Assembly: GCA_045863295.1 (NCBI GenBank)
Contig: BTWA01000025.1
Coordinates: 29,230-93,229, forward strand
DNA from: Candidatus Hydrogenedentota bacterium
Lineage (GTDB): Bacteria; Hydrogenedentota; Hydrogenedentia; Hydrogenedentales; SLHB01
Reading direction: 5' to 3'
DNA length: 64,000 nucleotides
Shown here: piece after piece, positions 41,201 to 50,630 of the stretch
How the letters are laid out: the number at the start of each line of letters is the position of its first letter
Position numbering within the stretch: position 1 is the first letter of the stretch
Translations under genes and position numbers: made by a program
Notes under the pieces: generated by a model
Seen by the model: the letters and a program-made list of their open reading frames with translations, nothing else
Told to the model about the DNA's origin: nothing
Databases searched by the model: none

Positions 41201-41342
41201 GATGCCATTGGCTGTCGCCGCCGGTCTTGGCAGTGAACTCAGCAATGGAATCGGCATTGCATCGATTGGCGGCATCGCGGTTTCCGCGGCGATGACATTG
41301 ATCTTGCTACCCGCGCTAATTCTGACGGGAAGAAACCGCTGA
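38286..41342 (+). CDS. RND efflux permease (AcrB/AcrD/AcrF family)
   Basis: YPGASP..IE..V.K.IE, GIVVNNAVLI and FRPVLMVTLA motifs; GTG start after AGGAG. Confidence 0.92.
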   Translation: MFLANGAIRRPVAMCCLIIALSMLGFNAYRKLGLELMPRMEIPYITVVTVYPGASPADIEVDVAKRIEDAVSSVDGLKHVTSACMENVVQTVLEFHLGVDVNVVATDVREKIDLELANFPIGVEKPVVMKFDINEEPIATLALTGDLTIDELYDYADNTLRDRISVLTGVANVELIGGSEREVHVLLDRTTLSAAGLSTAQVSRALQSGINTTPAGRVTDQKTEYSVRFDAEYDSVDEIGSLQVAGADGARRYLRDLGTVVLASEERREAAFVDGRPCIAIRVVKKSDANTVAVVGHVRDAMDTLRTQLPGGMALEWVSDNGAFIQATLDSTVWNVVIGILLTSAVLFLFLFNVRTTFVVAVSMPLTIVISLFFIQILGFTLNMSTLLAIGLSIGVLVTNSIVVMESIISWMPRSPNSWSAARQGAADVGEAVLASAGTNIVVLFPIGLMGSVVGLFFRPFAITALIVNVVSLFISFTLTPILCALLLKHSGQKSTVLGRFESGVDKLINASAAALARMLCPLAGKRWAAIPVLLASAALFVGSFAIVPLLGFSFVPDMDEGDIYVKLEYPTRLNLSETVARAQKVEKQLSSLPNLQRTVTLVGTAGGGIGQSTDGVYLAQLLLKFSKKTERRETIHDLAKTVRDRLKNYPDCIVTVSVGGGVGGQDSPVQMEIAGDSIKELERIALALRQRVVQIPGFVDPDTSVRDGKPELLVEPIRPILADIGSTPADLAAVLRGNLEGLESAIYRSGDRTYDIRVKLAETPGVDQVPAFQVPVGGDRTAVLSGFADIKETLASVQITRSDKRRVTHLYSNLSPSLPLGTAIDTLEKMVNGSAILPPGYRCEFRGEYERMAESVAEFLEAGILAALLTYLMLAAVLESFTRPFLIMTTLPMGLVGVLGFLFIAGKSIDIFVLLGCVMLIGIVVNNAVLILSHMHALIQKGANRHQAILEALKGEFRPVLMVTLAAVLGMMPLAVAAGLGSELSNGIGIASIGGIAVSAAMTLILLPALILTGRNR

Positions 41343-41372
41343 TTGGTCTGGCAGGAGCGCACTTTCTGACGC

Positions 41373-43898
41373 TCACGGCGCTTTGCGTACAACCTCGACA
41401 TTCTTCCGATCGAGCGCGCTCCGAATAGCGCTGGCAAGGTCATTCGATATCAACGGCTTCATCAATACCATGTATACACCGATATTGGCTGCTTTTTGTT
41501 CCGTTGTTTGATCACTATACCCTGTCGTAATGATAACCGGCACATCCGGGCGTATGGCCTTCGCTTTTTCCGCGAGCGATAGCCCCTGCAACCCCGGCAT
41601 GGCCTGATCGGTGACTATAATATCAAACGCCTTGGGTTCAAAACTGAATTTCTCAAGCGCTTCTGCTCCGCTATTGACCGCGGTGACCCGATATCCCATC
41701 CGTTCGAGCACTTTCTTGCCGAGTATCATCAATGACTCCTCGTCGTCCACGAAGAGCACATGTTCATGGGCGACAGCCGGGTTCTGTGACGCGACTTCGG
41801 TCCGCCGCTGCACACTTGCGGTTGAATCCAACCCAGGCAGAAAAACTCCGAATACCGTACCTTTGCCCAATTCACTGTGCACGGAAATGGCTCCCTTATG
41901 GCTTTTAACGATGCCATGCACGGTCGACAAGCCGAGGCCTGTGCCCTCGTCCTTCTTCGTTGTAAAAAAGGGCTCGAAAACGCGATCTAGAGTCAGTCGG
42001 TCCATTCCGTGGCCGGTGTCGCATACTTGCACGTAGGCATATACGCCTTCCTGAAGGTCGACAAAAGTCTCCGCGGTCTCACTGTCAATATATCGTTGCT
42101 GCAATTTGACTGCCAGAGTTCCACCGCGTTCGCGCATGGCATGTGCCGCATTTGTGCACAAATTCATAATTACTTGGTGTATCTGGGTACTGTCCGCATT
42201 CACGAGACAACATACTTCGTCGAGTTCTTCTTCAATGGCAATGGTCGAAGGGAGGGCGGCACGTAGCAATAGCAGCGCTTCGCGAATAACTACCCCCAGA
42301 TCCACCGGCTGCAATTCATGGGGGACATCGCGGCTGAACGTCAGTATTTGGCGTACCAGAGATCGGGCTCGTTGGCCAGCTGTGTATACGGCCGTCAGAT
42401 CTTTGCCGAGAGGGGAGTCGGGGGAAACATCGTGCAGCATTACTTCGGTGTAGCCCATGACGGCGGATAGTATATTGTTGAAATCGTGCGCAATGCCGCC
42501 TGCAAGCGTTCCGATCGCCTCGAGCTTTTGGCTCTGATGCGTGCGGGAAAGCATGAATTCTTGTTCCGTGACGTCCCGATGAATGGCGACCATGTGACTC
42601 GTCTTGCTGTGTCCCGATTTTATCGGCACCACGTTGCCTTCCATGCGGAAAAATTGGCCAGACTTTTTTTGGCACGTTGTGACTCCGGCCCAAGGCTCGC
42701 CCTGGTTCAACGCATTCCAGATTTTGTCGAAGTCTGCTTTTGCAGCATCCCCCGCAAACAGTTGTTGAAATGGTTTGCCTACGATTTCATCGCGCTCATA
42801 ACCAGTCATGGCGACAAACGCCTGATTCACGTACTGCACCAGTCCGTTCATCTGCATGATCATGATACTGTCAGCCGATTGCTCCACTGCATGGGCCAGC
42901 AGGGTCATCTCGGTCTCGGTACGTAACCGTTCGGTGATGTCACGGCAGTTCAAGACGATCCAGGGTCCTTCGTCGGCATTGGCTACTTCGCCGATTACTT
43001 CTACATTCCGCCACGAGCGATCCTTGTGTTGCAGCCGGATTTCAATCACTTTGGTTACGAGAGGCATTGTAATCAGTGAAGTGATAAATGCAGTGGCTAA
43101 CGGCCGATCTACCGGCTCGACTATCTCAAGTACATTCTGGCGGGTTAAGGAATCGATCTCGTATCCCAGGATACGCGTTACCGAGGGACTTCCAAAGCGG
43201 ATGCGCCCATCCGGATCGATGGCCAGAATAATATCCGGTGCATTCTCAATCAGAGACCGGAAGTAGGCTTCTTGAGCCTCTACCGCTTTGTGGGCCTCTC
43301 GTGTCTCGGTCACATCGACGATATACCCCTCCAGCATATCCAAGGCACCGTCCTCACCCGGTACGCCGCTCCCTTGCTCCCATACCCACCGGACCATTCC
43401 ATCTTTTCTTCGAATCTGATAGGTAATGGCATATGCCTTGCCGCCACGAATTGCTTCGACTGCCGTGTTCCGCACCTCCGGCTTGTACTCCGGCAAGACA
43501 ATGTCATCAAAATCGATACGTCGATTGATGAACTCATCCGCTGAGTATCCAGTAACCGCAAGTGCGCCCGGGCTGGCAAAATCCATTTGGCGCGTCTGGT
43601 TGAAGTGGCATCGATAGGCCATCCCTGGAAGATTATTCATCATTTGTTCGAAGAGACGCTGTGACGTTCGGATTTGTATGGCGTGCTTACGAATCAGGAA
43701 ATAGAGCATGAGTGCCGTTAAACCAACAAATAACACGCCTCCCTTGAGGAACTGCATGAACGTGAGCAGGTCTTTGTCCGATATCAGCGTCGCCAGCAGA
43801 AAGTCCCCGCTGAGAATCCAAAGCGATGCAAATACGGCATACAGAATCGTAATGAACAGTGGAGACAACTTCAGATTGTGCAGGGGCCAAAGCTTCAT
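41373..43898 (-). CDS. Hybrid sensor histidine kinase (2 TM, 3 PAS, HisKA, HATPase, receiver)
   Basis: LAGGIAHDFNN H-box, NLCTNA, DTGHG, FEPFFTTK, GTGLGL; C-terminal REC (VDDE, TDQAMP, KP). Start approximate. Confidence 0.92.
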   Translation of the reverse strand: MKLWPLHNLKLSPLFITILYAVFASLWILSGDFLLATLISDKDLLTFMQFLKGGVLFVGLTALMLYFLIRKHAIQIRTSQRLFEQMMNNLPGMAYRCHFNQTRQMDFASPGALAVTGYSADEFINRRIDFDDIVLPEYKPEVRNTAVEAIRGGKAYAITYQIRRKDGMVRWVWEQGSGVPGEDGALDMLEGYIVDVTETREAHKAVEAQEAYFRSLIENAPDIILAIDPDGRIRFGSPSVTRILGYEIDSLTRQNVLEIVEPVDRPLATAFITSLITMPLVTKVIEIRLQHKDRSWRNVEVIGEVANADEGPWIVLNCRDITERLRTETEMTLLAHAVEQSADSIMIMQMNGLVQYVNQAFVAMTGYERDEIVGKPFQQLFAGDAAKADFDKIWNALNQGEPWAGVTTCQKKSGQFFRMEGNVVPIKSGHSKTSHMVAIHRDVTEQEFMLSRTHQSQKLEAIGTLAGGIAHDFNNILSAVMGYTEVMLHDVSPDSPLGKDLTAVYTAGQRARSLVRQILTFSRDVPHELQPVDLGVVIREALLLLRAALPSTIAIEEELDEVCCLVNADSTQIHQVIMNLCTNAAHAMRERGGTLAVKLQQRYIDSETAETFVDLQEGVYAYVQVCDTGHGMDRLTLDRVFEPFFTTKKDEGTGLGLSTVHGIVKSHKGAISVHSELGKGTVFGVFLPGLDSTASVQRRTEVASQNPAVAHEHVLFVDDEESLMILGKKVLERMGYRVTAVNSGAEALEKFSFEPKAFDIIVTDQAMPGLQGLSLAEKAKAIRPDVPVIITTGYSDQTTEQKAANIGVYMVLMKPLISNDLASAIRSALDRKNVEVVRKAP

Positions 43899-43993
43899 GT
43901 GATGCGTACTCGTGGCGGAACCTAGTAGGGTCAACCCCTGATACAATAGGCTAGCAAATTGTTCCAGAACCAACAACTAAACTGTCGGTACAG

Positions 43994-45427
43994 TTACGAG
44001 TGAACGGGGTTTGGCGCATACATGCCAATCGGACGAATGGAACGCCCGGCGATCCCTGTTTTGCTGTCCCCCAATTCCGTTCGCATGCGGTCCGCCTGTC
44101 TGCGCAAACGATCAACGATGTCTGGGTTCTGATCAATCAGGTTTTTTTGCTCGCCTGGATCGGTGGGGAGGTGGTAAAGAGCTTCCAGGACTAAAGCATC
44201 GGGATTGGGTGATTTCCGGTAAATGTCCTCGCCCTTCATGGAGTTTTCAAATCGAAGTTTCCACTCCCCAGACCGGACGGCGTGCAATTCCGATCCGAAA
44301 TAGTAGAAGTAGGCCTCATGGGGAGACGTTGCATTCCGATCACCGGACATAAGGGGATATATATCCAGACCGTCAATGGTTCGGTCCGGCGGTGCGGTTC
44401 GGCCGGCAAGTTTGGTAAAGGTGGGAAACAGATCGATGGTCGCGGCAACTTCCCGGCAAACGCTGCCGGCTGGAATATGGCCGTTCCACCGCATAATGCA
44501 GGGAACGCGCATACCGCCTTCGTAGGTCGTCCCCTTGCCCGCGCGCAGCGGCGTCGCGAACCCGCCGTTAGACCCCTTGGAGAGCCACGGGCCGTTGTCG
44601 GTCGTAAAGACAACGATGGTGTCGTCTGACAAGCCGAGTTCATCCAACGTGTCCAGGATGGCACCGGTGCTCCAATCGATGCACTCAATTACATCTCCAT
44701 AGATTCCGCCATCCGATTTGCCCGCGAAGCGATCAGAAATATGAAGGGGAATATGCGGCATGTTGTGCGCCAGATAGAGAAAGAACGGTTTGTCTTTGTT
44801 TTCCCGTATAAACTGGATGGACTCCTCGGTATACCGTTCCGTGAGTGTCGCTTGTACGGCGGGTTCTTCAATTACTTCTTCGCCCCTCATCAGCGGGCAC
44901 GGAATCATATCGTTGCTATAGGGAATGCCAAAATACGAATCAAATCCGTTACGCGTGGGGAGAAAGGGCGGGAGGTGACCGAGATGCCATTTGCCGACGC
45001 AACCGGTGGCGTAGCCCATGCCTTTAAGCGCTTCGGCCAGGGTGACTTCGTCGGGATGGATGCCGCAAGGTGTATCCGGAAACAGCACTTGCCCAATGCG
45101 GTTTTCCGATCGGGGCATATCGACCATACTGTTTCGTTGTGGGTAGCACCCCGTCAACAATCCGGCTCGTGAGGGCGTGCATACCGGGGCCGCCGAGTAA
45201 AAATCGGTAAATCGCATTCCTTCGAGGGCCATTTGATCAAGGCGTGGTGTTTTTATACGGTGCGATCCAAAACAACCGACATCGTTGTAGCCTTGGTCAT
45301 CGGTAAAGATGATAACGAAGTTAGGTTGCCGTGCGGGTTCAGCTGTACCGTGGACTCCCAAACCAACGGCGCCGAACGCAGCCAATGACCCTGCCAGGAA
45401 TTCTCTGCGCGTCGCCAGGGTATTCAC
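43994..45427 (-). CDS. Tat-exported arylsulfatase (formylglycine-dependent)
   Basis: TRREFL twin-arginine signal, FTDDQG, CTPSRAGLLTG, GKWHLG. Confidence 0.93.
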   Translation of the reverse strand: MNTLATRREFLAGSLAAFGAVGLGVHGTAEPARQPNFVIIFTDDQGYNDVGCFGSHRIKTPRLDQMALEGMRFTDFYSAAPVCTPSRAGLLTGCYPQRNSMVDMPRSENRIGQVLFPDTPCGIHPDEVTLAEALKGMGYATGCVGKWHLGHLPPFLPTRNGFDSYFGIPYSNDMIPCPLMRGEEVIEEPAVQATLTERYTEESIQFIRENKDKPFFLYLAHNMPHIPLHISDRFAGKSDGGIYGDVIECIDWSTGAILDTLDELGLSDDTIVVFTTDNGPWLSKGSNGGFATPLRAGKGTTYEGGMRVPCIMRWNGHIPAGSVCREVAATIDLFPTFTKLAGRTAPPDRTIDGLDIYPLMSGDRNATSPHEAYFYYFGSELHAVRSGEWKLRFENSMKGEDIYRKSPNPDALVLEALYHLPTDPGEQKNLIDQNPDIVDRLRRQADRMRTELGDSKTGIAGRSIRPIGMYAPNPVHS

Positions 45428-45623
45428 GGTAATCTCTCCTCCGGTTATAAAGCCCCTCGGCCACCTGTGTGCGAGCCCATTGGATGATAACCCATGGCAA
45501 AATGTGTATGCTAAATCCTCAATGCGTCAGTTGGGAGAACCGGGGGCCGGCCTTCAGGGGCGAGCCGGGAATTGACGCGCAAAAAGACATCGACACGCGA
45601 ATGGTGCGTGGGAGGAGTGAGTT

Positions 45624-47219
45624 ATGGCCAAGGGCAAAACTAAGAAGGTGGTCCTCGTTTCCAACGGCGATTATCGCGATTCGGCATGTGAAGTCTGCTG
45701 GCCCATGCAGGAATCGACGTTGAAAGAGGTCGCAAAGGCGTTCAAGAAACTTGGCGTGGAAACGGACGTATGGCCCAAGTTCGACAAGAAGCGGAAACAC
45801 GGATTTCTCACGAAGCAGACCGAAGGCGCGGCCGCTTTCGCCAAAATCGATCCCGATGCGGCCGTAGTGGTCGTTCTGAGTTGCTGGGCGTATTCGCATC
45901 ACGTGACGGGGCCATTGCAAACGCATCGCGGTCCCAAACTGCTCCTGGGCAACTTTGACGGAACATGGCCCGGATTGGTTGCGTTGCTGAACCATGCCGG
46001 CTCCCTGGAACGGTTGGGCGTGAAGCACTCGCGGTTATGGACCGAAGAGTTCACCAAAGACGACTATTTCATGAAGAAACTGGCCGAATTTGTGCAGACC
46101 GGTCAAGTGACGCACAGCATGGACCACGTGGCGGACGCGAGCAAGCTGAAGTTGTCTGCCAAGGCGCAGAAGTTCGGCGAGGAATTGGCGGGTGTCATCA
46201 AGCGCGAACGCCGGATCATGGGACAGTTCGATCCCGGGTGCATGGGCATGATCAATGCCGTGCTCGATCCCGCCAAGACCGGCGCGGTTGGATTCCCCAT
46301 CGAGTATTTGAACCAGTCTGACTTGCTTGCCGAAATGGCGTTGGTCAGCGAGCCGGAAGCCCAAAAGCATTTGAATTGGCTCATCAAAAAGGGGACCTGG
46401 TTCGATTGGGGTACGGATGGTTCCAAGCACTTGGTACATAGCCAGGTCATATCGCAGATGAAAATGTACGTGGCCGCCGCACGCATGTGGGAACGGTACG
46501 GACTCAGTGCAATAGGCATTCCCTACCAATTGGGGCTTGTGCGCCAGTGCCCGGCCTCAGACCTCGTCGAAGGTATGTTGAACAATGGCGATAGGCCCGA
46601 TGTGAAGAGTTATGAAACCGGCAAGACCATCCTCTCCAGTGAGCCTCTGGTCCACTACAACGAAGGGGATCTTGGAGCCGGCATTCCTCAGCGTCTGATG
46701 TATGACATCTACAAGCGCAAGAAGATGCCCAGTGAGACCACGTTGCACGACGTGCGTTGGGGACGGGAATACAACGGTAAGTTTGTCTGGGTATTTCTGA
46801 TTTCCGGCGGCGCGCCGCCAGCCCACTGGAACGGGTGGAAAAACACCAAAGTGTTTCGGCAGCCGCCCATGTACTTTCCGATGGGGGGCGGCACCTGTTC
46901 CGGCGTATCGAAACCCGGTGTCATTACGTGGTCGCGCGTATGGGAGAAGCCGGGCGAGCTTGTCATCGACTGCGGCCGCGGCGAAGTCATCGAAATGCCT
47001 GACTCGGAAGTGCAGGACCGTTTAAACAAGACCACTCCAGTGTGGCCGATTGCCAATGTGCACATTCCCGGATATGACAGGAACGAGTGCATGTCCGCTC
47101 ATATGTCCAACCACATTGTAATGGGGTACGGGGATATCCTGGAAGAATTGGTGGCGACTTCGCTGAACCTTGGACTGAAAGTCCGGGTTTCAGGCGACGC
47201 CCGCAAACAACTCGGATAA
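45624..47219 (+). CDS. L-fucose/L-arabinose isomerase-like protein
   Basis: WAYSHH, WPGLVALLN, GCMGM, NEGD, TLHDVRWG, SG..P and MSNHI resemble the fucose-isomerase family; strong GGAGGAG RBS. Confidence 0.7.
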   Translation: MAKGKTKKVVLVSNGDYRDSACEVCWPMQESTLKEVAKAFKKLGVETDVWPKFDKKRKHGFLTKQTEGAAAFAKIDPDAAVVVVLSCWAYSHHVTGPLQTHRGPKLLLGNFDGTWPGLVALLNHAGSLERLGVKHSRLWTEEFTKDDYFMKKLAEFVQTGQVTHSMDHVADASKLKLSAKAQKFGEELAGVIKRERRIMGQFDPGCMGMINAVLDPAKTGAVGFPIEYLNQSDLLAEMALVSEPEAQKHLNWLIKKGTWFDWGTDGSKHLVHSQVISQMKMYVAAARMWERYGLSAIGIPYQLGLVRQCPASDLVEGMLNNGDRPDVKSYETGKTILSSEPLVHYNEGDLGAGIPQRLMYDIYKRKKMPSETTLHDVRWGREYNGKFVWVFLISGGAPPAHWNGWKNTKVFRQPPMYFPMGGGTCSGVSKPGVITWSRVWEKPGELVIDCGRGEVIEMPDSEVQDRLNKTTPVWPIANVHIPGYDRNECMSAHMSNHIVMGYGDILEELVATSLNLGLKVRVSGDARKQLG

Positions 47220-47229
47220 ACAAATACAC

Positions 47230-47263
47230 ATCCCCGGGATTGCGCACTCGCATTCCCGGGGAT
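47230..47263. terminator. Hairpin between convergent genes (probable terminator)
   Basis: ATCCCCGGGA-T-TGCG-CACT-CGCA-T-TCCCGGGGAT. Confidence 0.65.
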
Positions 47264-47293
47264 AATTGTTTGTACGTGCCGAGTCCAGGCTGC

Positions 47294-47422
47294 TTACTGA
47301 GCCACCTTTTGAATCTTTTCTCCGCCACGTTCGATGTCTTTTCCGGCGCCTCGAATCGTGTTGCAGCCCGAAGTCCATCCCACTACAACGGCGAGCGCTA
47401 TCGCCAAGGCAATTCGCACCAT
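47294..47422 (-). CDS. Entericidin EcnA/EcnB-family small lipoprotein (42 aa; not in ORF track)
   Basis: Manual translation MVRIALAIALAVVVGWTSGCNTIRGAGKDIERGGEKIQKVAQ*; lipobox TSGC plus the family motif CNT.RG.GKDI..GG..I; AGAGGAGG RBS. Confidence 0.88.
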   Translation of the reverse strand: MVRIALAIALAVVVGWTSGCNTIRGAGKDIERGGEKIQKVAQ

Positions 47423-47477
47423 GATTGGGTCCTCCTCTTTTACGGAGGCCAAACCTATCGCACGGATGCAGGCCGTG

Positions 47478-48878
47478 TCAATTCCCGGTTGTGCCGGTCT
47501 TAGCCGGCGCTGTAACGGAACGCTTTCGCCGGTTTGGGTTGCTGGAATGCAGGCCCAAGGTTATCCACAAGATGCGGCCAACCGTGCGGAACGGTTGGAC
47601 AGGGTCAAGCATAGGGCCGATGGACCGGTCGAACGGCTGCCCATCCTGAACGGCCGCCCGGCTCAAAACCGCGCAAACCAGGCACATGAGGGTCGACAGC
47701 AGGAAGCAGCTTCGAAAGCCCCAGATGCCGAACCACTCGACGATGTAACCAACCGCCACGGGCGTTGCCGCAAGGGCCAGCGAAGTGCCCACGGTCCACA
47801 AGTTGGTATAGCTGACGCGATCCGTCTCGGGCACGAAATTCAACATGGCTCTGTGGACGGCCATCCAGAAAGCCGCGTTGAATACGGAGATGGCGACATA
47901 CAAGGCACCCGCCGCATAGGGTGCCCACGCCATATCCGGTATCAACTCAATACAGAAAAACGATGCCAACGCATATCCGATCAGGCTCAGAAACATGGTT
48001 AAGCCGCTGCCGTTCAATTCCGCGAAATGCGCCCAGTGGCGTATGCTCAGCAGTATGCCAAAGCTGCCAGCGGCCAGAATAAACATGATTGTATGCGACG
48101 ATAATTTCATCGCGTCGCGCAGGAACAACACATAGGCGGCGCTGGCCCACGTTACGGCAACAAAACAAAGCGAGGCCACGATCACAAACCGGACAAACGA
48201 TTTGTTCGCCAAGGCGCCCTTGTACGAGGCAAAGCCTTCGGCGATCGAGATTAACTCCCGGCTGCCCTTGCCTCCCGGCACGCGTCCCATCCACAAAAGG
48301 CTGATGAATCCCGCCGCAATTCCGATCGCGTAGACAATCAGGAACTGTGTCAATCCCGGATTTCCGAGCAGTATAAATGCCTGCACCAACGTCACGCCCA
48401 CATTGATGGTCTGGGCGACTGCAACCTCCGCGCTGAAATAGGGACCACGCTGCCGCTCAGGCACCACTTCATGCAGCCAGGGCAACCAACCCGCCGCGCC
48501 CAAGGCTCGTGCCAGGCAAAAGGCCAGCGTCGTAAACAGCAACACATACCACGCTGCTTTGGGTCCCCATACATAAATGGTCCACGGCATCGTGAAGACC
48601 GCGCACGCCACTACGTTTCTGCTGAACCAGGCACTCAACATGAGCCGTTTAGGTCCCCACCAGACCACCAACGGCACCGTGCCCAGAATGATGATCATGG
48701 AGAGCGGGAGAAAGGCGAGCAAAAACCCGACCCAGGAAGGCGGCATGTCCACGTGACGGCCAAACAAAACCAATACCTGACCGACAATGCACTGCCACGA
48801 CACGACGTTAAACGCCGTGAAAAAAAGAAACCGGCGCGGTGCCGGGTCGAGTCCTCGTATATGGGCCAAAAAAGACAT
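47478..48878 (-). CDS. MFS transporter
   Basis: About 12 TM segments, 'W...VVP..RG.YF' loop; start at MSFLAH. Confidence 0.8.
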   Translation of the reverse strand: MSFLAHIRGLDPAPRRFLFFTAFNVVSWQCIVGQVLVLFGRHVDMPPSWVGFLLAFLPLSMIIILGTVPLVVWWGPKRLMLSAWFSRNVVACAVFTMPWTIYVWGPKAAWYVLLFTTLAFCLARALGAAGWLPWLHEVVPERQRGPYFSAEVAVAQTINVGVTLVQAFILLGNPGLTQFLIVYAIGIAAGFISLLWMGRVPGGKGSRELISIAEGFASYKGALANKSFVRFVIVASLCFVAVTWASAAYVLFLRDAMKLSSHTIMFILAAGSFGILLSIRHWAHFAELNGSGLTMFLSLIGYALASFFCIELIPDMAWAPYAAGALYVAISVFNAAFWMAVHRAMLNFVPETDRVSYTNLWTVGTSLALAATPVAVGYIVEWFGIWGFRSCFLLSTLMCLVCAVLSRAAVQDGQPFDRSIGPMLDPVQPFRTVGRILWITLGLHSSNPNRRKRSVTAPAKTGTTGN

Positions 48879-49030
48879 GGGTTCCCGCCAGTTGGATATA
48901 TAGACACACGGGGCATGCGCACAAATCGGGTGGTTTCGGGCAGGTAGTCCGGAACTGGACAAGAAGTGCCTGCACGGCGCGTAATCCCCGGCTCTATTTT
49001 ACCCGAATATGCGCCGTTTCGCACAAAGAA

Positions 49031-49067
49031 GAAGGACGCCGCCTGCTTGCGCCGGGCAGCGTCCTTC
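49031..49067 (-). terminator. Intrinsic terminator downstream of the FabH-like gene
   Basis: Minus strand GAAGGACGCUGCC...GGCGGCGUCCUUC followed by UUCUUUG. Confidence 0.65.
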
Positions 49068-49103
49068 ACATATGAATTTCCAAAGTCATCTCGCGATGTT
49101 TAT

Positions 49104-50096
49104 CTAATAGGTGAGAATCATCCCACCGAGGCACAGGCCCGCGCCCGTACCAATTAACAGGACTTCATCGCCGCGCTGAATCCTGTCCGATTTAATCGTG
49201 TCGTACAACGTAATCGGCAGGGATGCGGCCACGCAATTGCCATACTTGTCGATAGTCAGCGATACCTTTTCGTCCGGTACGCCGTATTTGCGCAAGGCGC
49301 GAATGGCGAAAATGCTCGCTTGGTGCGGAATCACCTGGCGGATCGTACCCAAGCCGGATGACAATCCCGGCCGAAGCTTTTCCAGAAACGGCGCGCTGTA
49401 TTGTCGGGCAAGCCGGTATACTCGAGGTCCCTCCATGTGAAACATGAAATCTTCGCGGGTGGTACGCTCGTCAAACGGCGGGCGGTTGGTCCCACCGCCG
49501 GAAACCCGAGTGTAATCCGCACCGCTGCTATACCCTTCCATGAGCACACTGCTTACGCCACTGGCTTCACCGGGCGGCGTGACCGTAACCACAACGGCCG
49601 CCGCGGCGTCCCCAAACAATGACGCGCTTTCCGGCTCCTTGAAATTAAGCCCGATGGAGGCAATGTCCGCACTGACAATCAGGATCGTCTTGTAGCGCCC
49701 GGTGGCCAGGAAACAGGCGCTGACATCCATCGCCGTAAGAAAACTGAGGCACGTGGTGTGCACCGAAAGACACGCCGAACCCGAATCGGCCATACCCAGT
49801 TCCCGCTGGAGCAAGTGCGCCCCATCCGGAATTGCCTGCGCTTGGGTACCCGAGGCGTTCAATATTAAGTCAATATCTTTAAACGTGATACCTGCGTCTT
49901 TGACGGCTTCCCGGGCGGCTTCCGCGCCCATGTAGGTGCTGGTCTCTCCATTAACCCAACGCCGCTCCTGGACGCCAGTCTTCTGTCCAATCCAGCCGGA
50001 CCGCAATCCGCACAGCTGTTCGACTTCGCTGCTGGGTACAACCCGTTTGGGCAAATAATGTCCAACACCAATAATCTTGAGCGGTAGCCTACTCAT
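49104..50096 (-). CDS. 3-oxoacyl-ACP synthase III (FabH-like) condensing enzyme
   Basis: Cys (TTCLSF)-His (PHQAS)-Asn (YGNC) triad, LFGDAAAA, GTGAGL. Confidence 0.88.
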   Translation of the reverse strand: MSRLPLKIIGVGHYLPKRVVPSSEVEQLCGLRSGWIGQKTGVQERRWVNGETSTYMGAEAAREAVKDAGITFKDIDLILNASGTQAQAIPDGAHLLQRELGMADSGSACLSVHTTCLSFLTAMDVSACFLATGRYKTILIVSADIASIGLNFKEPESASLFGDAAAAVVVTVTPPGEASGVSSVLMEGYSSGADYTRVSGGGTNRPPFDERTTREDFMFHMEGPRVYRLARQYSAPFLEKLRPGLSSGLGTIRQVIPHQASIFAIRALRKYGVPDEKVSLTIDKYGNCVAASLPITLYDTIKSDRIQRGDEVLLIGTGAGLCLGGMILTY

Positions 50097-50630
50097 TCCT
50101 ACTCCCTACTGACGCGCCCTGTCCGCATGGTCTCGGTCGCGGTGCGACGCCCTAGTCCTACTCTACAAGCAACCCCAAACGGCATTTCGAATTCCGTTTC
50201 TCTTGCCGGCAATGTGTCCTACAAGATTCCTGCCGGCAATGTCCATGGAACCCGGCCATAAACCTAGACGCGATTTTCTCCTGTCAGGTTTCAATCGGGC
50301 CCAGGAGGCGAGATTGGTCGTCACCCGACGCATGTGGAGGTAATAAACCGGTAATGGCATGGCCAAGAAATTCAGACCCCGCAAATTATCCATCCTTAGG
50401 GCCGGGAATTGCAAATAGGAGGCAACCGGAAGCCACTTTTCATGGTCCAAATTGCGGTCAATACCCCATGAAAGGGACGTGTCTAAGAAAAATACGCAAA
50501 ATATAGCCCCTTGATGTGGAACAACGATTGACGACCGTGGTATTTTCTATAGGCAACTGGATGACCGGCGGGTTCCATGGGGTAAGTCGGCGTCGTCGAG
50601 GAATGCTTCGGAAGTAGAGCAGGGGTAATT

